Source: Octopus sinensis (Eukaryota). From it: DNA of 64,000 bases. The notes under the pieces were generated by a model. The model did no database searches. It was given only the letters and a program-made list of their open reading frames with translations, and was not told the origin of the DNA. This document shows positions 1 through 12,576 of the stretch, in pieces. A program made the position numbers and the translations under genes. How positions within the stretch are numbered: position 1 is the stretch's first letter; every line of letters begins with the position of its first letter. The stretch spans positions 133,362,001 to 133,426,000 of the forward strand of contig NC_042998.1 of assembly GCF_006345805.1 (NCBI RefSeq), written 5' to 3'.

Positions 1-127
<127 letters not shown>

Positions 128-298
128 GGGAGTATAACTCCAAGCTTACAAGGAAAAATTCAATTCAGTATTAAATCAAATTTCACAATATAAATATATA
201 ATATATAAATTAGAGAAAAAATACTACTATGCAATGAAAACTATGATTTGGTTTATGTCTATCATAATTTGATTTGCATAATAGTGTTTTTTTCTCTA

Positions 299-349
<51 letters not shown>

Positions 350-357
350 CATATACG

Positions 358-510
358 CTTCTTTCAGGTTCCGCTTACCAAAGCCATGTGAATGGATTTG
401 GTCGGCCCGAGGCTATAGTAGAAAACATTAGCGCAAGATAGCACGCAGTGGGACTGAACCTGGAATCTTGGTTGGGAAACAAGCTTCTTACCACACAGCC
501 ACGCGTGCGC
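358..510 (-). mobile_element. tRNA-derived CORE-type SINE (family B), 5' head
   Basis: Reverse complement matches the heads at 59037 and 51240 (GGCTGTGTGGTAAG...GGTTCAGTCCCACTGCG...CTACTATAGCCTCGGGCCGACC). Confidence 0.8.
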
Positions 511-2215
511 TTACAGATATTTTGCTATTTATGCCTTCAAAACCCTCGTCTTTGAATGTTTGGAGTTCTTTTTTATAAACTTTTGTAAATTTAAAGTGTA
601 ATCAAATACGGTGAAGCTTTTATATTTTCTATTTCATTGTTAGAAGCAAATCTAAATAAATGTTTAGATTAGGGAATTTTCTCGAGATATTTCAGCTTAT
701 TAAGTAATATGGTAGAATCATTAGTATGTCAGGGGTTATGAGAAAATATTAAATAGCTAAATATAAATATTAAAATTAAAAATCTAGTTATCTTTTAGAA
801 AAACAATGATGCAGCATAATGCAAAAAATGATATAATACTGGATATAATATTCTTTAATCAGAAACTATAAACAAATTGCATAAAAATATTCAGAAATAG
901 TATGGCGCTGGTGAAAATATATTTTAGATCTTTTTATTGTCTGAGATGAAATCCCAGCACAGTTGGCATTCTCTTTTATACACTCGGAATCGATAGAAAA
1001 AGTACCAATTGTTGTAATTTAACTCCAGGTCAGCTTTGATCAAACAATACTAGTAAAGTATAGGCATTTTTTAATCCTCACAAAAAAGATGTCATTATCT
1101 GAAATCAATGCAAAAGTATACGAAAAATAACTGCATTGTGTAGCTCTTTTATAGTTAAATTACCCCATCCCTTAAATATTTATAGAAAACTATATCTAAG
1201 TATTCCAATGCATTTGCCCATGAAAATATAGATTTATTTGCTTATTTCACACCCGTATAAAAGAAATATTAGAATAGGAAGTATGATTGTTTAAGTGAGT
1301 AGAGAGGATATGTGTTGGGATTTATCATGGATCAGATGGGAAAAATAAAAGCCTAAAATGTTTTTGGTGATGAACCGTGAGACGAAGTAGAGAATAAAGT
1401 TCCGGGTGTTCCGACTGTACACCATCATTAAACCCTCTGAAACAAAAATCTATATTATACTTTTGACTGTTCTTGGTCAATTGTACTCAATCTATCGAAT
1501 ACAATTACGAAAATTGGAAGCGACATGTAGTTATCGTTGGCATTATTCAATTCCATAACAAACGGAAGTGGAAATATGTTAATACGACATGAAAGGGAAA
1601 ATATGTAGCGTTTCTACATTTACCGTTTGATATATTTCTCTTTTCTGTTTATGCATTTTTTTCTTTCTTTCTCCTGAAAGGAATAATCTTTAACATCATC
1701 ACAAAGACACAAACGCCTTTTTCTTTTTCTTTTTCTTTTTTGTTAATTTTCTATTTCTATTTATTTATTTATTGGCGAGTGATGATGGTAATGGTGTAGA
1801 AATGTGGTTATAATCGATTAAGTTGAGTTGGCGATAAATGCTCTGAAATCATTAGTTGGGAGCAGCTTCACTATTAATGAGAGAGGAATACGAATCTCAC
1901 ACCCTCTTTCCAACTTAGCTTTTAGAGTGACTTCGTGCTTAGTTAAAAAGAAACTAATATCAAACTTTAAATTCTTCTGTAGATAATTTTGTCTTTTATG
2001 TTTCTAGAATCATTAAATTTTTTTTTCAGTAATGGAGTACATTCAATTCAACCAAATATGATTCTCTGCTAGTATATTTGCCTGGAGGCTGGTCAAACAA
2101 ACTCAGGTCATTGGGTAGTAGAAGCGGTAAAGCATTGGATAAAATGTAGGGTATGTCTAAAGGCATATGTGATCGTCTTTAGCGCATCTCTTACATAGTT
2201 TAGACTACTAAGTTT

Positions 2216-2217
<2 letters not shown>

Positions 2218-2282
<65 letters not shown>

Positions 2283-2297
2283 ACATCATCATCAACA
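2218..2297. repeat. (CAT)n microsatellite
   Basis: Read directly. Confidence 0.97.
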
Positions 2298-2771
2298 TTA
2301 TAATCATGGATGGTAATGAGACGTGACCAGTATTAAGATGGTAAAAGTGCGATGTACCATCTAAAAAGCACTGCAGTATATAATTAACGTTCTTTTAAAC
2401 TCTGAGTTCAACTCCTACTGTAGTGCGTTTTGCCTTTCATTTCTCCTGCGTGCAACACAATAAGTACATGATAGGTTATTTTCTTGTACACGTACCATAA
2501 ACTTTCTAAGGCTGAAATAGTAATGTTAATAATCAACTTCATAGTGAGTACAATTCATCGATTTCCAGTTGCTACATAAGGGGTTCCATATTTATAGAAG
2601 TAGGGTAACTAATATTTTATCATTTTTTAAAATTTCTGAATGAGATTCAACTGGGAAACGAACGCTCTTCAGCGGTAGGACATAAGTGGAAGTTTACAAC
2701 TCCACAATGGCTTCTTGTCATTAAAGAAAACCTATTTCCACTCTTCTAAATTCGTGTTCGCAATGCTAATA

Positions 2772-4043
2772 CAGGGTGGAGCAGAGAGGACAGACGTTTT
2801 TCAAATGGTTATTACTCTGCCCCAGGGAGAGGGACATATGTCCCAAAGGTACCATTCAGTCCATGGTATCTTAACATTTTTTCTTTTAAGTGAAGCATTG
2901 GTGCTGTGAACGATAGAACATCACATGTTTGCCTACGGCAGTTACGTGAAGTGTAACGAGTCTCTCACAGCAGTTCAGTGTGAGTCTTGGCGCTACTTCA
3001 ACATTCACCGAAATCAGGCTGTTCCCACCCGTAATACAATCTTACGTTGGGTGAATGCACTTCGTGGGGGCGCCACGAACGGTACAGATCCCGGAAAATG
3101 TGGAACGCATCATACAAGCTTATATACGGAAACCGAATTGCTCCGTTCGGAGGCATTTCACTAAACCTGGCATTGGTAATCGATCGGTAAGGCGTATTTT
3201 GCATGAAGACCTTAATTTCCATCCCTACAAATTGGTCATTGGGTAACAGTTGAAACAATAGCATGATGCACCGCGGCTTAACTTCGCACGTCAGGCAAAT
3301 GGCAACCTCATTTTGTTAATGAGTGATGAAGCTCATTTTCATCTAAATGGCATAGCGAACTCAGAGAACTGTCGTTATTGGGCTCTTGAAAATCCGAGAG
3401 AACTGCACGAAAGACCACTGCTCACCCCAAAAGTGACGGTCTGGTGTGCTGTTGGAAAAGCAGCCATCATTACTTTTTTGAAGACAATCATGGAAATTCT
3501 GTCACTGTGAACTCCAAGCATTACATCGAGATGATAAACAACTTCTTTGTGCCTGAATTACAACGAAAACGTATACCTATTCGACGTGTGAGGTTTCAGC
3601 AGGACAGCCCACACAGCCAGAGCATCAATGGACGTTCTTCACCCTCTCTTCGGTGACCGCCTCATCTCCAAATTTGCAGACATACCTTGAGCTACTAGCT
3701 CCTTCGATTTGTCCATGTATGATTATTTTTGTGAAGAAACTTCAAGGCACGGGGATATGCGTATAATACCCGTACATTGGACGATTTGAAGGAAGCTATT
3801 GATGTGGAAGTTGAGACCAAATCGATAGAGCAATGGTGGAGAAATTGAAAGCCAACATCCAAGGATGCCTTCAGAAATGCATCAATGAAAATGGACACCA
3901 CATGTTGGATATTGTTTTCCACTCATGCTTTTCACAAATGCTAATTCAATACGAACAAATTGACGTCAATAAAATTTGTTTGCAGCTAAAATTTATGATT
4001 TTGTGAACTTTTCAAAAATGTCCGTCCTCTCTGCCCCACCCTG
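2772..4043 (+). mobile_element. Full-length (1272 bp) decayed Tc1/mariner transposon, rosa/DD41D type
   Basis: 30-bp TIRs (2772-2801 CAGGGTGGAGCAGAGAGGACAGACGTTTTT and 4014-4043, 3 mismatches); TA target duplication at 2770-2771 and 4044-4045. Confidence 0.93.
2895..3925 (+). pseudogene. Frameshifted mariner-family DDD transposase
   Basis: Fragments VPTRNTILRWVNALR, MSDEAHFHLNG..N.ENCRYWALENP, KVTVWCAVG, FQQD..TAHTARASMDVL...DLSMYDYF; 41 residues between the 2nd and 3rd D once an inferred 8-nt deletion is restored. Confidence 0.88.
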
Positions 4044-4199
4044 TACAAAAGTAAAGAAAGAACTCTGAGCCTTCTTTCTTGTAACAAATCGAAAATCGAT
4101 CGACATCGTATTTGCACTTGTTCAGATTTACTCATCTCACACTCATTAATACAAAGACAGACACATAAACACACGCTCACACAAACTCACACATATGAA

Positions 4200-4252
<53 letters not shown>

Positions 4253-4454
4253 ATAATTAAAATCAAAATGAGGGTGAAAAAATTGTATATTAATTTGATA
4301 ACATCAATTTAACACCAGTGGTTTAGTGCATAAAAAACTGAGATTCAGTTAATATTATTAATACACATATGAGAGAGAATCCACTAAAGAGGACGCCCTT
4401 ACGCCAACCACTAAAAATTGTTCTCAAGAAAAACTTAGCACGCTATGAACGTAA

Positions 4455-5036
4455 TAATACACATAATAATAAAGGCGGTTGCAATCTGGGGAGTTAGGTG
4501 GTTAGATGTTAAGGGTTGTTTGGTCGCAAAAATTGTTTGACAGCTATGTATCGATCCTCCTGCTTGGGTGACTTGGTGCAGGGTCTTGTTTCCATACAGA
4601 GGATCTTCCAGCAGCTACTCTCTTGACCCAGGCCAGCACTACCTCCCCCAGGCACTTGATGTAGTGTTGAGTGTGAGTGTGAGGTCGTGCGGGAAGATGA
4701 ATGGAAGCATAAAGCCCTCATCACTAGTGATCACTCCAAATACCATGATGTTGACTGGATGTTTGATTTTTATCTCTCTCGATACATGCACGGTCCACAA
4801 ATTGACACCTCAAAACTCTGAAATGTTCATATTGGAGCTTCCGGCGCGAATGTCAAGCAGCACAGCTTATAGTTTCCAAAATTTTGGCTGAGTGAATTGT
4901 GTCGTGGTTCTTTTTTTTTAAAAGGTGGTACCCAACTGACCCCACTATACTGTGTAACCGACAAAATTAAAAACAAACAATGCGCATGCGTGAAATTAAG
5001 AGTATAAAATGGCGATAATTTACCCATCGCACTCTC
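4455..5036 (-). mobile_element. Internally deleted, 3'-truncated maT (DD37D) mariner-like element, copy 1
   Basis: Minus-strand fragments KHPVNIMVFGVITSD..MLPFIFPHDLTL and PPNSPDCN; 5' terminus shared with the copy at 40335-41170. Confidence 0.82.
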
Positions 5037-5042
5037 TATATG

Positions 5043-5043
<1 letters not shown>

Positions 5044-5094
<51 letters not shown>

Positions 5095-5150
5095 CATACA
5101 TACATACATACATACATACATACATACATACATGCATACATACATACATT
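5044..5150. repeat. (GATA)n(CATA)n microsatellite
   Basis: Read directly. Confidence 0.97.
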
Positions 5151-6416
5151 CATATGTGTATGTGGGCGTGTGTGTGTGAGTATGAATGTGTAGATATATG
5201 TGTACGAAAGGATTTTGAAACGTATGATACATTACTCAAATGACCTGACATACTTCATCTTTCACACCCATTATTCATCCTCAAGTGATATAAACTACAG
5301 TTCTCTTCTTCGCCCTACCCAGTGTCTGAGTATGTAATATCCTGTCATGTCACCTGGTTACTATCCACTTTACATCTAATTTCCTTCGTATAACCTCATG
5401 GCAGATATCTGGAAAGGCTCTGGAAACTAAGAGTAACTGCTCATTTCCAATTTACCATTCACAGAAGTGGGGTTTTTTTTTCGTTTGATTTTTTTTTTGT
5501 TTGTTTTTCAAGTCTGCATGGGTCTTGTGTTAATAATATAGAAATAACGCAAAAAGTATGTTTGGTTTGAACTCAGTGAAGTTCGAATTCTTCTTTGTTG
5601 CAAATAACCTTTCTTTTACCCAATATACTAGAGATGTCCTAACAAGGAAGAATTTTATGGTCATAAAATTTAACAACATAGAAGAAATATGTACTACAAA
5701 CACAATTGCACTGAGAGATCGACAAAGAGACATGGAATCATGTCTTATAGTGATAGTGTTTTCATTAGTTGATAGAAGTATCTCAGCTGGTCCCAACAAA
5801 GTGATTAGTATCATTCGAAGATTTTAAGATTTTACACATACAAGGTATTTCATTCCATGTCCGCAAACGTTTTATTGATGCTCTGGACAGCTGTGATTTG
5901 CTTTTACTTATTGATTACATTGTGTATATATGTTTGTATACACACACACATGCTCGCGCATGCACACACATGTATTTATGTCGTTATTCGGTTCTTTTGA
6001 AGATTTCTTACCAATAGAGAAAAAGCCGGTTTCTAATCTTCATCCAAGGCTCCTTCATTGGAATTTCAACATCAACAGAGTATTTTAGTATGTATGTATT
6101 TATGCATGTATGTATATATATATTATGTGTGTATGTATTATGTATGTATGTATGTATGTATGGATGTACGTATGTATGTATATTTGCATGTTTTTTTTAT
6201 TGTATTCTCATGCATATAGTTGCATACTTAGACATGCTTATAAAGACTTAAATGATAAACTTCTGGAAAGTCTTACAGATTATTACAGTTCCAGTAATGT
6301 ATGTTCGTCTCTTTCTCTAATTGAGAGTAAATTTTGACTGGCCATCGGCTTGGTAGCAAGGTTGTGAAGGAAAGCTTCTTGTTTCGTTCCTTATCCTTTT
6401 ATTTTAAGATCTTGCA

Positions 6417-6442
6417 GATGTATGTATGTATGTCTGTATATA

Positions 6443-6477
<35 letters not shown>

Positions 6478-6582
6478 ATGTATGTATGTATGTATGTATG
6501 TATGTATGTATGGGCGGGTGGGTGGGTGGATGGATGGATGGATGGATGGATGGATGGATGGACGGACGGACGGATGGATGGA
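6417..6582. repeat. Compound tetranucleotide microsatellite (TATG/TCTG/GGGT/GGAT/GGAC)
   Basis: Read directly. Confidence 0.95.
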
Positions 6583-7194
6583 TGTGTGATATGTGTCTGT
6601 TGCTGTTAATGTTGTATAGGTCAGCCCTGCCCGGGAGTGAAGTAACGAGAGTAATGATGCGCCTGCCTGTTTTTCGCATATCTTATATTCTATTTTCATT
6701 TCATTGTAGCGGAAAGATTATTGGATTCAAATTATGATAATGATAGGGTGAGTTGCAATGGTACTGGTTGTACGTAAGGTTACCGCCGTTGTCATCTACT
6801 TTTTATTTTCATCTCATATTATGCCGTGTGTATATATAGTTACTGTTATTGTCCGGGTAGCTGTATATATTAGTGATAGATATAGTTTGTAATCGTTTAC
6901 AACGGTATAAGTCGAAGTACATAATGCTACAAACGTTAGTCTGTGGAATGTTGGGCTAATAAAACAAACCTCTTGAAGTTTCCAAATTATTAAGACGTAA
7001 GTATTACATTTTGTGTTCAGAATGTATAATTCGTTAAATATATTATATACTGCTTTAATGACGAAATATATTGATAAATCAACTAACGAATACGTGGTCT
7101 ACAACCAATATGTTTGATTTGACTGGTAGAATGGGCCTCCCGAAATACAGTAATGTCTGTTTCAAAGCTGGCACAAACGCAAGCGCGCCGAACA

Positions 7195-7375
7195 AGTGCT
7201 TAGCTGCATTTCGTCCGTCTTTACGTTCCGAGTTCAAATTCCACTGAGACCAACTTTGCCTTACGTCTTTTTGGTGGTTGATAAAACAAGTACCAGCTGA
7301 GCACTGGGGGTCGATGTTATTGATTTAACCCTCCCCCGAAATTGCTGGCCTTGTGCCAAGATTTGAAAACAATAA
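7195..7375 (+). mobile_element. tRNA-derived SINE (family A), 5'-truncated
   Basis: B-box GAGTTCAAATTCC, body ...AAGTACCAGCTGAGCACTGGGGGTCGATG, tail GGCCTTGTGCCAAGATTTGAAA. Confidence 0.8.
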
Positions 7376-8153
7376 GAAGAAACTTCAGAAGAATATATCC
7401 AAGATACATGTACCATTTTATATGCTTCCGAAGTTTCTGATGTTAAATGATGTCTTGAAATATGTTTTACTGTATTTCGGGCAAGTAATTCTACCAATAT
7501 TCGCAATATAGCTAAAAGGTTAAGAAGTTCATTTTGTAGCCACGTGGTCACAATTTCGATCATTATGGGCGAATGCAATTACTTTAGTCTCGGGTCACCT
7601 GATGCACTGTAAGTGAAAAATCTTTAGATGAAAACTATATATATGTATTCATGGTCAGCAGAAGGATTCTACTTGTAATTAGGTGTGTAGTCAATGCAGT
7701 TGATCGAAAACCAAACGTTCGAAATCGATGACTCAATACATCAGTTAAACGGAAATGTGCAGAATGGTGAACACAAGAATTCTAATTCATTGAAATTTCT
7801 CTGTAGGCTGGAGAGAAATTAGAACACAGCACTCGCAAAGAGAAGGTATAATAGTTTTGAGAAATTAAGAATAATATAGCTAACCTTAATTTGTGGGATT
7901 AAGAAAAATAAGATAATCCAGTCTAACTGAAACTGTAGATCACTGAATACAGTTTTATGGTTGACAAAACAGTCAGGTACATTGTGACGAAGGATAATTT
8001 TCATGATTAGAAAGATGGAGAGGCAAGAGTAACAATTGAAGAGTCTATATCGCTTCAATTACCATCATTAAGTTTAAGGGGTAATATACAGGTTGCCGTG
8101 TGTCCAGATGGCACACTACATAAAATATATAAATATATTACGCGCGCGCACGC

Positions 8154-8193
<40 letters not shown>

Positions 8194-8224
8194 CACGTAT
8201 CGCTGTATCCACCAGGCTACTGGA

Positions 8225-8445
8225 TATAATACACAGGTCACAAAGTACTTCCTCGCATCGGCTTAGCTTTCGAGTGATGACCCACCAGATACCATCCTTC
8301 CAAACTAGCACTGACTTGACAGGTAGGCCAACATTTCCTCTGAAAGGAACACCGGCGTGTCGCAGGAATGCGCGTTTACTGATGAGTGAACTGGAGCAGC
8401 GTAAAATGAAGTCTTTTGCACCAGAACACAACAGACCACCGTTTT
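8225..8445 (-). mobile_element. SINE family C fragment
   Basis: CGTAAAATGAAGTCTTTTGCACCAGAACACAAC resembles the segment at 45628-45662. Confidence 0.5.
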
Positions 8446-8789
8446 ATGGATCGAAACCACTATCGAACGATCGTGAATGCGACACCCTCAAGACTATAAA
8501 TATTTCATGTGGTGATATTCTTGACGCAGTGCTCAATAAACTCTGAAGAGAAAAACAATATGCAGAGATATTTGTTAGCGATTCTCAATTATAGAATGAA
8601 TACAATACAATCTTAGAGTTATTACATCGACAGTTACCTTCGGGTTTCGCCAATATTGGCTCATTTATAATTACAATATACTTCATAAACCACAATCAGC
8701 AAAATATTTGACATGACTCATTTATTGAGTATTCCGTTTACTTAACCCTTATTGCTTACATTTATTAAAAACTATTTAATATACATAGA

Positions 8790-9480
8790 GAGAAGCACGA
8801 CTGAGCGCCCTCGCGTCGTTTCGTTTCGTTTCCTCCAAGTAAGTTTTTATATATAATTATGACGCGAAACACTATAACCCTTTGCTTGACCTTCCCTTCC
8901 TTCCTTGTCTTCCTCTATCTCTCTCTCAATCCTCATCTCTCTCACATCCGCTTGTCTTCCTCTATCTCTCTCTCTCTCTCACTCCTCCTCATCTCTCTCA
9001 CAGCTGGGCGACTACTTCCTTTCGCTTGCGGCCTCCTAACAGTGAACACGCTTTCTTCTTGCGCTCTTAAGAATCTTTCCTCGTCTAGGCCTAAAGGCCC
9101 TCAATGTTTGTTTTCTTTTTTGTTTTTATTTCTTGTACTGTATTTTTTTGTAATTGTATTTTTATTTTGTATTTTATTTTGTAATTTTATTTCTATCGTT
9201 TTTACGTCCTGTTTTTGTCACATTTTTTTCTTTCCTTGATTTTACCCCTCTGCGGGGGAATTTTATTTAATTCTTTCGCAAGAAGGGCTAGTTCGACGAG
9301 TCGTGTTCTGTCCTCACCTTCGAAACACGCATGGAGTCGTACTAGGGACAGCTGATGAAGGGGAATTGTTGTTTGTCTTGTACTCTGTTTTTTCGTTGTT
9401 AAAATTAAGGTCCGTTTCCATGTTTGTTTTTTACGTTTTCGTTTCTCGTTGAGTTCTACGTTCATTTGTGGTGTCCTGTA
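8790..9480 (+). mobile_element. Unclassified repeat-like segment resembling a Penelope pseudo-LTR or retrozyme-like non-autonomous element
   Basis: No ORF; pyrimidine-rich; donor-like CAA|GTAAGT near 8838; internal duplication of a ~45-bp CT-rich unit; contains the permuted hammerhead. Family assignment is inference. Confidence 0.35.
9288..9363 (+). ncRNA. Candidate non-circularly permuted (pseudoknotted) hammerhead ribozyme
   Basis: CUGAUGA 9352-9358; GAAA 9322-9325; GUU cleavage triplet 9305-9307; stem I 9308-9313/9346-9351; stem III 9302-9306/9325-9329; stem II 9318-9321/9360-9363; extension helix 9288-9297/9336-9345. Confidence 0.7.
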
Positions 9481-9539
9481 CTCACGTATATATATTTATA
9501 TAAGCATGTATATACACATGTAGATGTAGGTACGTACAT

Positions 9540-9578
9540 ATATGTATGTATGTATGTATGCATATATTTTATTTATTA

Positions 9579-9642
<64 letters not shown>

Positions 9643-9719
9643 CAGTATTCCTGCATGACCGCAGTCAGATGACTGAAACAAGTAACATAATAAAAGAATA
9701 TACATATATTCTTTTATAC

Positions 9720-9788
<69 letters not shown>

Positions 9789-9886
9789 CATGCATACATT
9801 GTCCGTATATTGGGAAACATGAATGAATGAAGGTGACCGTTTACGCTCGTAAACGCGCAAACGCACACACATACACGCATATACGC

Positions 9887-9918
<32 letters not shown>

Positions 9919-10339
9919 TACACATATATATGTGTATATATATATATATACATACAAATATATATATATACATACACACATACACACATATATATATATA
10001 TATATACATATATACGTACATATATACATCGAGACATCTGCATGCATGTTTTTATATGCACCCAATTATGTACACTCATATAAACATTGAGTGTTTACAC
10101 ACATAGATATGTTTATATAATGTGCATATACATATATGTATATTTTATATATAACTGAATGTCTCCTTATATACACAAACTTACGTAAATGTAGTTGCAC
10201 ACACACACAAGCATATACATACACACACGCATATATATATATACATATATACATACATATATATATAATATATATATATTATATATATATATATACATAT
10301 ATACATACATATATATATATATAATATAATATATATTAT

Positions 10340-10385
<46 letters not shown>

Positions 10386-10604
10386 ATATAATATATAATA
10401 TATATATATATATTATATATATATATATATATTATATAGATATATATGTATATATACACTCATACAAACGCTTAATTTGAAAAGGTTGTACAAATCTATA
10501 CATACCAGTTTTATGCACGTATAAAATCTTATTCGCACGTGATATGTTTTTATACATATATATATACATAAGCACATAGCCACATATATATTACACAAAC
10601 TATT

Positions 10605-10638
<34 letters not shown>

Positions 10639-10745
10639 TGTATGTATGTATGTATGCATACATGTATGTATGTATGTATGTATGTATGTATGTATGTATG
10701 TATGTATGTATGTATGAATGTGCGCACGTACGTATGTTCGTATGT
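9540..10745. repeat. Large low-complexity block of (TA)n, (TG)n, (CA)n and (TATG)n
   Basis: Read directly; source of many poly-YI/HT spurious ORFs. Confidence 0.95.
9641..9712 (+). mobile_element. SINE family B 3' tail
   Basis: GCATGACCGCAGTCAGATGACTGAAACAAGTAA matches the tails of full copies, e.g. the reverse complement of 58150-58210. Confidence 0.75.
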
Positions 10746-11407
10746 ATGTAAATAGACAATGATGTGGAGTGAAGAAAAAATTTAGAAAGAAATAATTAGA
10801 TTGAATATATTTAACAACCTTCAAAAGGCGTTGTATTTGTATGAAGGTTGTGGTGTCATTTGAATAAACTAGTGTGTTTTGATTAGATGAGATTTCATTT
10901 GGCGGTGTTTAGACCGTCGCCATGTTGTTTAAATAATTATCTTCATTAATGCGCTCACACTCGCAAACACCCTGACACCTACATTCGCACCTAAATACAT
11001 AAAAGTTTGCATAACATACACATACGAACAAAGCAAAAACACACAGATTTATGTGTATATGTATATATAAACACACACTCACACACACATGCGATCACAC
11101 ATATGTGCGTATTCATATATATATATATATGCATGTATGTGCGGATTAATAATGTTTCAGTGGAAGGATATCTGCTTTCTATGTGGCTCATTGGAGGACC
11201 AGGTTATGATCTTTCACAAATCTATTTACCACGCTAATGAACTTAGTATATTTAATGCATAAACACAGTGGTCTGTATATAAACACAGCTGACAACCTTG
11301 TTTATTTTTTTCCTTTTGCAAGTATGTGTGTGTGTGTCTGTGTGTGTGTGTGTGTTAGTGTAATTCTATTTCACACTTTCACTAATTCTGTAACTCTATA
11401 CCTCTAT

Positions 11408-11410
11408 ATG

Positions 11411-11495
<85 letters not shown>

Positions 11496-11499
11496 TTAC

Positions 11500-11563
<64 letters not shown>

Positions 11564-11567
11564 TTAC

Positions 11568-11639
<72 letters not shown>

Positions 11640-11695
11640 ATATCTATCTGTCTGTCTGTCTGTCTGTCTTCTCTATGTGTGTGTGTGAGTATGTC

Positions 11696-11740
<45 letters not shown>
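11408..11740. repeat. (TCTA)n/(TCTG)n/(TG)n/(AG)n compound microsatellite
   Basis: Read directly. Confidence 0.97.
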
Positions 11741-11744
<4 letters not shown>

Positions 11745-12259
11745 TATTATGATGTACATCACTTTGCGCCCTATTCGCGCTTATGTTTCTGAGCTTTCAG
11801 CTTGCAAATTATATATTCCTTGCTCACTCTCTTTCTCTCTCTCGTTTCCTCCCTTACTTCTCTCTCTTCTTCTGTACATATTTGCCTGCCTACCTACCTA
11901 CCTGACTGTCTGTCTACTTACCTACCTACCTACCTACCTACCTACCTACCTACCCACCCACTCATCTACCTACCTACCTTATACATTCATACATACCTTC
12001 ATACACACACATATGCACTCTCTCTCTCTCTCACACACACATATATGTACATGCATTTATAGTGTTTGTGTGTGTGCGTGTTTCATATACATGCGCAAGT
12101 TTGAGTATTCGCTCGATTACTTTTAATCAAGTGGTTCCTAAATAACAGCATTGCACCACTTTTTGAGAATTCCTATATCGTGTTGTTTAAACCCGTGTGA
12201 GTAAATATGGTAGATTGAATCTGTAAAGACATCCGTTAACTGTATATATATGTCTACCA

Positions 12260-12466
12260 ACTGGAAATGCTACCTGGACTAGAAAAATCAGCTTATCGAA
12301 TACCTTCGGAACTTTGATATGGGAAAAACTGACACACACCCAGCATCCTGGGGCAAGTGAAAGATAAAAGATGTTACAGTAGGCGAATTTTTGGCATCTA
12401 AGGTTACTTGTTGTAGCCCGGTGTTAGGAATTTTTCTTTTCCAACATTCTAATCTGTTGTATGCAT
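12260..12466 (+). mobile_element. Repeat X with (AAT)n tail, possibly the 3' end of an R4/Dong-like LINE
   Basis: Ends in (AAT)n; weak LEKSA..RI..L-like remnant at the 5' end; inverted copy at 13396-13543. Confidence 0.45.
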
Positions 12467-12479
12467 AATAATAATAATA

Positions 12480-12533
<54 letters not shown>

Positions 12534-12538
12534 AATAC

Positions 12539-12573
<35 letters not shown>

Positions 12574-12576
<3 letters not shown>

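Noticed and set aside
5530-5827. Overlapping 94-aa and 89-aa ORFs
   Set aside because: No recognisable domain; lengths within chance expectation
8615-8672. Minus-strand hammerhead-like remnant (GAGCCAAUAUUGGC-GAAA-CCCGAAGG-UA)
   Set aside because: Stems II and III are good, but the CUGA core reads UAAA and stem I does not pair; at most a dead relic
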